Part shown: piece after piece, positions 47,367-56,577 of the stretch | Layout: each line of letters begins with the position of its first letter | Numbering within the stretch: position 1 is the stretch's first letter | NCBI GenBank assembly: GCA_905178155.1 | Contig: CAJINV010000009.1 | Coordinates: 1-64,000 of the forward strand | DNA length: 64,000 nt | Direction: 5' to 3' | Source of the DNA: Amoebophrya sp. A120 | Taxonomy: Eukaryota; Protista; Dinoflagellata | Position numbers and translations under genes: made by a program | The notes under the pieces: model-generated | What the model was told of the DNA's origin: nothing | What the model saw: the letters and a program-made list of their open reading frames with translations, nothing else | Databases searched by the model: none

Positions 47367-50300
47367 ATGAGCGACCCGGCAACGGCCACCCACGAGCACG
47401 TGGCGACCACGGGCACTCTGCTGCAAGTCGGCGGAGATGCCATCCCCGTTTCCGCGGTGAAGTCAACGGTGAGTAACAAGGCGGGGGTCGTGAAGAAGGC
47501 AAGCGGTATCAAGCACCGCAGCCACACGGGCGGGGCGGCGCGGTTCGAGCGGGACTCCCGAGATTCGGTCGTGTTTGGAGGGGACAAGAAAACGTTCCGA
47601 AAAACGGGGTTCTTCAAGGGCAAGGAGGGCCTCAAGCAGCCTAAGTTCCGGAAAACCGGGTTTGCGCTGCCGATGAAGGAAGTGCTCACCACGAACGAGT
47701 TTTTCGTGGACTACAATGCCGCGAGGGCACAGATTGAGCGGGAAGCTATGCACAGGGGAGTTCCGGGTGAGCAGAGTGGATCAAAGGCTTTATTTGTTCT
47801 TGAGCTGGACCTCTATCGATTCAATTTCAATCTGTGATTCTGGTTGTACTTGAGAAGTTGTCGCTTTAGGGGCAAGGGGATGATTGATTATCGTTCTTCA
47901 GAGTGGTTCTTCGCACTTTTAGACCTGACACTAAACCAAAACCACAGCGTCGTTCACGACCACCCAGAAGAACGCGGGCAAGCAGATTTTTCACTCGAAG
48001 AAGGGTCCGGCCGCGACAGAGGGCGAGTCGTTTTGCAATGCGCTGGAGCGGTCCGCGGAGTTGGCGCCGGACCGCGCGGCGTTGCTGGTGGAGCGACCGC
48101 TTCCGGAGGCGGGAACGCGGGACGAAGCGTATTGAAAGGAAAAATCCCCCCCCCATATTGAAAGCGCGTCCTTCTGAAGATTTGCGATGCATATTTGTGA
48201 CCACAAATCCTGTCTGTCTTGCAAGAGAGCAAAGGCAGAGAGCCCACCGCGTTATGCAGGCGGTTTGTAATGCTGCAAGGCCTACAGGGCAGACGCCTGC
48301 CATGCTAAGCGCCCACCTCTAAGCGCCCCTCTCCAGGCTTTGCATCTGCCTGCAGTCCTCTACTGCAAGACAAATCTGATTTGTGTAGGCAAATCCAGCA
48401 TCACGAATTTCCCTTCTCGATATGGGGAAGGGGGATTTTTCCTTCTGATAAAGCGCTGCCACTGGAGCAGTGGTCGGTGTGGACCTACCAGGAGTACCGG
48501 GACGACGTGTGTCAACTGCAAAATTGTCTGGGTCTGGAAGATTGCAACTTGTCATGCTGTTTTTGGACTCTACAAAAATTTGTATTGCATGACCAGCAAG
48601 AGGGGTGCAATTTGTGCTACATGGACAGGGCATTTGTCATGCGGAAGGTGCATCAAGTTCAGGAAGCCCTCTAAAAGTCTGCGATGCTAGGTCATGCATT
48701 ACAGGCATCATGGGTCATGAGAAAAACAAATCTTGCATTCTTCCAGACCCAGACACTTTTGCATTTGATAACGTGCGGTCGATGGCCATCTCGTTTCTGA
48801 ACGACCTGAAGCCGCTGAAGGACCTGCCGTGCTACCAGAAGCTTTCCGAGTTGGAGCGCGCGAGCTGGCTCGAGAACGACCTGGACCCCACCGTGTGCAT
48901 CTTCGGGTTCAACGCCCCGGAGTGGAGCATCAGCGCCATGGCGGCCATCTACTGCGCGGGGTTGTTCTGCGGCATCTACCCGACGGACACGCAGGAACTA
49001 TCAACTGTAAAAATGTCTGGGTCTGGAAGATTCTGACACTTGTCATGCACGTTTTGAATGAGCCGCGATGTCTGTGATGCATACCCAAGCAATACAAATT
49101 TTTTCAGGGCTTCTTGATCGTTGCCTATTCTGCATGACAAATGCCTTCTCAGTGTAGCAGAAATTGCATTCCCTTTGCTACTCATGCAATACAGATTTTT
49201 TTTGGAATTCAAATGCAGCATGACAAACTTGTATTCTTCCAGACACAGACATTTTTGCATTTGATAGGAACAGGTGCAGTACAAGGTCGACCACAGCTAT
49301 GCAAGAAAAAAACTGTGTAAGTGTAAATCTGTGATGCAGAACATGCAACAGAGTTACAGCTGTCATGCCAGACAGCGATGCAGTCCTCTTTTCATGTGTG
49401 TTTTCCCTTACAAACCACGCATGACAGGTTTTCTCTGTCATGTAGAGCAAATTTGTGATGCTGTCAGCCAAAGAAAGTTACACTAACACAGTTTTTTTCT
49501 TCGATAACAGCAACGCTTCGGTGGTGGTGGTCGACATGACAGAGGGCGAAAAGAAGTACCAGGCCGTCGCGGACTCGCTCGAAAACTGCCCGACAGTGCA
49601 ACTGGTGCTCGTTTGGGGGGAGATGAACCGCGACCAGTTTTTTGGTCCCGGGAAAACGGAAAAGGAGTTCACCCGATCGGACGGCTCCGTCGTGATTGTG
49701 CGTTCCTGGACCGCCCAGCTGCAGCGCGGCCGAGACAACAGCGACGACGACTCCGAACTGATAGACCGCATGGAGTCCATCGACCCCTCGCAGTGCTGCT
49801 GCCTCGTCTACACGTCGGGCACCACTGGGTGGCCCAAGGGCGTCATGTTGTCCCACGACAATCTCAGCTATTCCGGTACTTACGATTCGTTTTGATATTT
49901 ACACTGTATAGAAATTTTGTATATGCAACGTGATACCTTTGGGTTTCCCTTCTCATGAATTGTTTGACAAAGACACTACACACAGAATTGTATGATAATT
50001 ACTACGGAACTTATATATTCGAAAAGCGAATGTGAACCGCCATTGTCAGGTGCTGCGGCTTGCGACCCAGAATACGGGTGGCACCGCACGTATGGCAGCT
50101 GCGGAGAGGAGCGGCTCGTGTCGTACTTGCCCCTCTCCCACATCGCCGGCACTATTTGCGATCTGCTAGCTCCGCTGTACGTGACCGCACTCGGACGGAG
50201 GAACAAGTTAAACCCGAAAGCTGAGGAAGAGGGCGACGTTGGCTACGTCTCGGTGTACTTCGTGCGCCCGTACGACATGAGGGTCGGCACGATGAAGAAT

Positions 50301-53300
50301 CGGATCCTGCTCTGCCGTCCCACGGTGTTCTTCGGGGTTCCTCGCGTGTACGAAAAACTGATGATGGGTGTGCAGCTCGTGCTCGCGAAGAAAACCAAGG
50401 GCTACGTCGGCGGCTGCATCGGCGCGCTCATCAACCGGGCACGCCGGGCGTGCCTGAAAACCTACCGAGCGATGGAGCACGACAACTTGGATTTGATTGC
50501 GGCAGGCGACAAGACTGCTTTGCAGCCGAACTCCTGGAGTTCGTGGTGGGAGAAAATATTGATCTTCAAAATTCGCAAAAACCTTGGCCTGGACCAGACG
50601 CGCATCTTCATGACTGGGGCGGTATAGTAGAGTTTGCTCATAGAAGCGGCATACTTATTACGAACAATTTTTCCTCACGCGGGCTTGAATTTTGTTTTTT
50701 TGGTCTCTGTCATGATTGATCTTCGGTTCGTTGGCGCGATGTCACGGCCTCTGGTTCGGTCGAACAATATTCAAAAAAAAATCTTCCCAGGCTCCGATGC
50801 CCCCCGCGGTGCAAGAGTTTTTTCTTTCTTTCGGTATCCGCGTTTCCGATACGTATGGTATGTCGGAGTCCTGCGCTGCAGTTACTGTTTCGCAGGCGGA
50901 ATCCAGCACCCCTATGCTTCCGGTCGACTTCTACAAAAATCTGTCGGAGCGCAGAGAAAACGCCAAGTGCGGCGTGCTCGGGAAGCCGCAAGCGGGCGCG
51001 GAACTGGCCATTATGACGGAAAAGGCACCGGGCGTGTACTGATTTTTCTTTCGAGAATATAGTGATCCCGAGTGTATCATCAATTTCGGTACCTAGAAGC
51101 AGCACTGCCTCGTGCTGAAGATGAAATGTCTATACTCATAAACTACTCTTTCTGTAGTTCCACTAAAATACACCTTCTCAGCTTCGTCCGCTGCCCGCCG
51201 GCCTCGAACATAGAGAACCCCGAGTTGGACAGTCAGGGCGAGATCTGCTACCGCGGGCGGCACATCATGCTGGGGTACCTGGCGAATCCCCGGTTCGGCG
51301 CGGACCACGTGAGGGAGATCGAGGAGAAAAACCGCGCCACGATTATGACCTGCTCAAACGTTACAATCTCAAACGCTACAATAGAATCTGAGATTTGTCT
51401 TGCATGATCAACATGACAGACTCGGACAGCATTCCACTTTCTGCAATACAAATTTCGCCAGATTGTAGTGCGGATTGGGTGGACTCTAGAACTTGTCATG
51501 CGTAATCCTGTGGGAGTAGGGTAGAGCATGCACTTCTTGCAACACAAGTTCCAGATTCTATTGTAACGTTCGAGATTGTAACACTTGAGCAGGTTATAAC
51601 GATCGACCAGGACGGCTGGCTCCACAGCGGAGACAAGGGCTGCCAGAACTTTGACGGCTTCGTGAAGCTGACGGGGCGGTACAAGGAACTGCTGATCTCT
51701 GCTACTACAGTGAAAAATGCCCCCACCCCCAAAGTCGCACAAACTTGTGATGCGAAGTTTCCAAATGCAAACCTTTTGTCATGCAGATGCATGAAAGAAG
51801 TAGGAATCTTTCTGATGCAGAGTCTAGGCCTGTATCGCATCGCTTGCATGACAAGCGCCACTTTTGTTGGGATCTTTTGCAATACAAATGTTTGCTATTC
51901 ACGATTGGAAATCTGTGATGCTGATAGGTGCAAGAGGGCGAGTGTTTCATTTGGAAAGGTTTGCAATACACATGCTCCCAAGTTCGGGGATGGGGGCACT
52001 TTTCAACTTGATCTCCGCCGGGGGCGAGAACATTGCGCCCGTGCCGATCGAGCAGTCGTTGAAGGCCTTGGTTTATCCAAGAAAAAAAGTGTGTAGGTGT
52101 AACTTTTTTGCAGAACCAGCATCACAGATTTGTTTTGCATGACAGAGAAAACCTGTCATACGTAGCTAGTAAGCGAAAACACGTATAATTAAAATAGCCT
52201 CTGATGCATATCCGGCATGACAAGCGTAACTGTATTGCAGCATCTGCAAGACAAATACACAGTTTTTTTCTTGCATACGGTTCCGGGGGTGTCCAACGTG
52301 GTCATGATCGGGGACAAGCGGCAGTACAACGTGATACTGGTCACCCTGCTCGTCAAGGGCAACACCGGCGAACTGCCCGGAACAAACGAGCTGATGGGTC
52401 CGGCGCTGCAGGTCTCGCCGAACTGCGCAACGACCCTGGACGCCAGGGACGATGCCATCTGGAAGGAAAAAATTGAGTCCGCGATCAAAAAGGTATCTTT
52501 GTGCTTTGGAGATCGTAAATCTTTTTGATTGATGTCAAAGGCGCTGGAGCGGTCGTGCTTCAGCGCATATGTGCTTCGCTTAAGTGCTTCGCTTGGTTGC
52601 TGAAGTGCTTCAAATCGCTTAGGTGCTTCGATCGTGTAAAAAAATGCTTTTATCGCTACAGTGTGTCGCTTAAGTGTTTCGCTTAAGTGTTTCGCTTAAG
52701 TGTTTCGCTTAAGTGTTTCGCTTAAGTGATTCGCTTAAGTATTCAGTGCTTCACTTAAGTGTTTCACCTAAGTGTTTCACCTAAGTGTTTCGCCTAAGTG
52801 TTTCGCCTAAGTGTTTCGCTTAAGTGTTTCGCTTAAGTGTTTCGCTTAAGTATTCCAGTGCTTCGCCTAAGTGTTTCGCCTATGTGTTTCGCTTATGTGT
52901 TTCGCGTAAGCGTTTTGCCTAAGTGTTGCGCTTAAGTGTTTCGCTTTGCTGAGGTGCCTCGCTGCTGAAGTTCCCCTCTTGAGTGGCGCTTCGCTTAAAT
53001 TAGTGGTGCTTCGCTTAAGTAGTGCGCTGCTAAAGTAGTGCGCTGTTTAACTAGTGCGTTGCTTAGGTAGTGCGCTGCTTAAGCAAAGCGCTGCTTAAGT
53101 AGTGCGCTGCTTAAGTAGTGCTTCAGTAGTGCACAGCTTAAGCAGTGGCTCGCTTCAGTAGTGCTTCATCAGTGCGCCGCTTAAGTAGTGCGGTCCTTAG
53201 GCAGTGCCTCGCTTCAGTCGTGCCTCGCTTAAGTAGTGCCTCGCTCAAGTAGTGCCTCGCTTAAGCAGTGCTTCGATTCTTAAGTAGTGCTTCCTCTAAG

Positions 53301-53734
53301 TCGCTTAAGTAGTGCTTCGGTTGAACTTGAACAGTGTTGCGCAGTAACTCGCGCGTCGCATAAGCAGTGCGTCGCTGCGGTCGCAGTGCTTCGCTTCAAG
53401 CTCAAGTGCTTCGCGTATGTCCTCGCTCAGGCGTGTTCAGCTGGAGTGCTTCGCTGAGGCGCGGCGTCTGCTTTTGAGTGCAGTGCCTAAGGGCTTTCCT
53501 CCAATAAATCATTCGCTTGAAGATGAAGTCCTGCAAATGGAATTTGAAATATGTCACCACCTGCAGGTGAATGCCGATAGCGTGGTGTGCGCCAACAACG
53601 CGTGGAAGGTGCAGAAGTTTGCGATTCTCCCGAGGGACTTCTCGGTCGAGACGGGCGAGCTGACCGGAACGATGAAGCTCAAACGGGACGATATTGCGCG
53701 AATCTGGGCAGATGAAATCGAGAAACTGTATTGA
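47367..53734 (+). CDS. Long-chain fatty acyl-CoA synthetase (bubblegum/ACSBG-like), 12 introns
   Basis: [64 protein letters not shown] introns 47767-47947, 49876-50049, 50622-50790, 51036-51181 and 52493-53566, plus seven introners; all joins are in frame. Confidence 0.92.
48130..48450. mobile_element. Introner family A (321 bp)
   Basis: Family A TIRs; TSD aagcg; join TRDEA|LPLEQW. Confidence 0.92.
48510..48770. mobile_element. Introner family B (261 bp)
   Basis: Family B TIRs; TSD acgtg; join YRDDV|RSMAI. Confidence 0.92.
48999..49266. mobile_element. Introner family B (268 bp)
   Basis: Family B TIRs; TSD ggaac; join DTQE|QVQYK. Confidence 0.92.
49298..49506. mobile_element. Introner family C (209 bp)
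   Basis: TIR tatgcaagaaaaaaactgtgt / acacagtttttttcttcgata; TSD acagc; join VDHS|NASVV. Confidence 0.92.
51344..51598. mobile_element. Introner family D (255 bp)
   Basis: TIR of about 48 bp, tatgacctgctcaa...atagaatctg / cagattctat...ttgagcaggttata; TSD acgat; join NRAT|IDQDGW. Confidence 0.92.
51700..52008. mobile_element. Introner family E with eroded termini
   Basis: TIR tgaaaaatgcccccacccc / ggggatgggggcacttttca; direct repeat tgatctc at 51693-51699 and 52009-52015; join LLIS|AGGEN. Confidence 0.8.
52074..52277. mobile_element. Introner family C (204 bp), opposite orientation to the 49298 copy
   Basis: Family C TIRs; imperfect TSD tggtt / cggtt; join ALV|PGVSN. Confidence 0.9.
52571..53420. 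repeat. Intronic minisatellite: 13-mer gcttaagtgtttc grading into a 15-16-mer gcttaagtagtgcgct
   Basis: Visible tandem units inside the GT-AG intron 52493-53566. Confidence 0.9.
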
Positions 53735-54688
53735 GTCCGCGAGCCCTAGTCGCCGGAGGAGCATACAGAATGACGGGTCGACAGGATGTGCACACACATT
53801 TTTGACCAGCGACGACCTGTCACCACGGGCGTCTTGTAAGTTTACAAGTTTTTTATTCTCACATGGCTGAACGAACATTTTCAGATTCAGTGCGATGAAA
53901 TTGTAGTATTGTGAAATGTCACTAAGTACTACCTAGATGGCATGGAAATGCAAATTGACATATATCAAAAATGAAACTGTAACTGTTAAACTCCAACATG
54001 GAGACTTAGTGAGCCAAACCAGGAATGCGTAAAATTCAGTATCAGTTTCGACAATTTTGTTTTATACCACTACACTCTCGACAAACAACATGGAGAAGCG
54101 GTTTAGTATGAAAGATTGGAAGAATAGAAATGAAATTACTTAGAAATAAAGTATGTAAGATAGATAATGATGGGTTCACTTTCAAGCGCTAACTACAACT
54201 CTGGGTCATTGTGCGAAACCCAAGCCTTCCGCAGAGAAGATTTACTTGGATCATCAGCCAGCTTGCTTGGGACATGCACATGTTTGCTGGTCGACTGTAT
54301 AATACGCATGTTTTTATTCTTGAAGTTAGGCTTAGGCAAACGCAAAAACGAATGAATGTCGAAGATGGAAATAATTGTCAAGTTGTTCTTGTTTGCTTTT
54401 CGCTTTGTACTATATCTTGTCGCTGTCACCTTAGGTCGTTGCTCCTATTCGCTTGTCGCAAGAAACTTTGTCGTGGTCACAAGTAGATTCGAAAGAAAGT
54501 AAGTCGTTGCCATTCGCTCGTCATCGTGCGTCGTCACGCGTGTTTCTCATATCGCAAGTTTTGATCGCGTGCCGCAGAACATCAGCAGTCGCAGCCCGGT
54601 ACGGAAATCCCTCGCAAGTGACTGTAGTGCGACAAAGTCTTGGAGAGTAGGAACTCTTCAAAATAAAACACACGCACGAATTTCCAAG

Positions 54689-55945
54689 ATGCGCTACACT
54701 CCAGCAGGTTCTGAGATTCCTGGCTCCGCGTATCAGGATATGTGGACCTGGTTGCTGGGAGGCCTTCTACAACAAATTCACGGCCGTTCGACAACTTCGT
54801 TCAACCATCGCACGGCCGAGCAAGTACACGACGAAGAAAGTCGCACAGTGCACGAACATGCACTCGTTTCCTCTTTTACCACTCAAGCAGTTCCTTCCGG
54901 GATGAAAAGACGACACCAAGTAAAGGCCCGCGCATCGACTTCCTTCGCCATCGTGCCGTCCTTCATCAAGGCCATGACTCCCTTTCCGAATCCGGCGAAG
55001 CTGATGGCGTCGGCGGGACCCATGATGAACAACGCGTTGGTGAAGATCCCGCAGATGATGGGTTTGTCGAAACAGGCGGGGATCAACGTGCCCACGCCGT
55101 TTGAGGACGCCAACTGGTGGCGGTATGACTACAAGGGGAAGTACAAGTTAGGCTCCAAACTCCGCTACGAGTACTTGAAGGTGGAGCGGTGCTCTTTGAC
55201 CAATTCCGCGAAGTGCACCCACCGGAAGCGCAGCTCGCTTACCTGCACAGGCGCGGATCAGTGCAGACAGAAGTGCTTCGAGAAGATCGCAGCCATGGAT
55301 CAGCAGGTCACGACGGAGAATTACGGCACCGCGAAGACAGCGGAGCAACGAGCGGCGGAGAAATTGGCGCAGGAGAACAAGGGGCGGAAATTGCGCGGGT
55401 GCTTGGACGAGGTGGACCGACGGGAGCGGAACGCGATGCACAACTACTTTCAGTACACCGTCGGGACCCAGGGGCTCCCTTGCGGCAGCTTCTGCTCGCA
55501 GAGAATACCGAACATGAAGATCATGCGGAAGATCGAGGACGGGTTGGTCAAGTACGGGCGCAAGATCGAGTACGTCAAGTTCCAGATGGACAGTTTGAAG
55601 AAGCAACTGCCGGCGAAAGACGCGCCAGACCCACCGGCGCACTTCAAGAAGCCGGCCGTGACCGACGAAGCGACGCCGGAAGCAACGGAGGAATTGGAAC
55701 CGGAGGAAGAGAAGGAGCTGAGCGGAACGGACACCTTCGCGTGGTTCAAAAAGCAGCGTGAGGAGCTCTACGACAAGTACGCCGAGGCGGAGAAAAAGAT
55801 GGACGCGATCCTCTCGGGCGGCGGGATGCCCACGCCCACGCCGACCGGCGACATGGAAAATGGGGTCACAGGCGGGAACGGAGGGGATGACGAACCGGGG
55901 GAACCGCCAGTACAGCCACCGGCGGGGGATGACGTCGACGAGTAA
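54689..55945 (+). CDS. Hypothetical protein with Cys-rich core and acidic tail
   Basis: Long ORF, GC3-rich in its 3' part; start uncertain. Confidence 0.7.
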   Translation: MRYTPAGSEIPGSAYQDMWTWLLGGLLQQIHGRSTTSFNHRTAEQVHDEESRTVHEHALVSSFTTQAVPSGMKRRHQVKARASTSFAIVPSFIKAMTPFPNPAKLMASAGPMMNNALVKIPQMMGLSKQAGINVPTPFEDANWWRYDYKGKYKLGSKLRYEYLKVERCSLTNSAKCTHRKRSSLTCTGADQCRQKCFEKIAAMDQQVTTENYGTAKTAEQRAAEKLAQENKGRKLRGCLDEVDRRERNAMHNYFQYTVGTQGLPCGSFCSQRIPNMKIMRKIEDGLVKYGRKIEYVKFQMDSLKKQLPAKDAPDPPAHFKKPAVTDEATPEATEELEPEEEKELSGTDTFAWFKKQREELYDKYAEAEKKMDAILSGGGMPTPTPTGDMENGVTGGNGGDDEPGEPPVQPPAGDDVDE

Positions 55946-56577
55946 ATTGATTGAAGTACATAACTTCTACTACGGTGCAGTACTAGGGCGTCTTCAGACG
56001 TTCGTGCCTGTTTGGATTCTTTTGTCACTGATGCGAGCACAAATTCTATAGTGCCGTCATGTAGTTGTACTAGGGTTGAAAGCCGCTGTTCGAAAGTCGT
56101 TTGCGGAAGCATTGAAAATTCGTCGGGTAAGTGAGGTATAGACCCACATCGTAAATGCATGCCGTGTTGTTCGTCAGGAACGAGTTATGCTTTTGTATCA
56201 AGAAAAAAAAGTCGGAAGCTCACAGCAACACTAAAAGTAGAACTGTACGTGAAGTTTTTGTCGCTCGTTTCATGCAGCGGCAGTGCGCTACTGCCACGGT
56301 AAAAACCGTGTTTCACCCATCGTTGACATCGTGGACAAAAAAGGATTCAAAGGTCGTTTGAATGTCGTCATGTGATCTCGTCGGTTGCGGAAGGCTGAAA
56401 TCCAATTTGTGTATAGTTGTTTGTCGGTCAAAATACGACCACCAGGTTTTTTTCCAACTTTTTTGCTCTCTTTGGCTGGCTTTATTTCACCGACTACCTT
56501 GGGATGAAGAGTAGTCGTACGTAGATATTTACTTCTTTGCAAAGTCTGATCGGAGATAAAACCAAGACTTTCATGAC

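Noticed and set aside
52571-53420. Possible CRISPR array
   Set aside because: Contiguous tandem units without unique spacers, inside a eukaryotic intron, with no cas genes.
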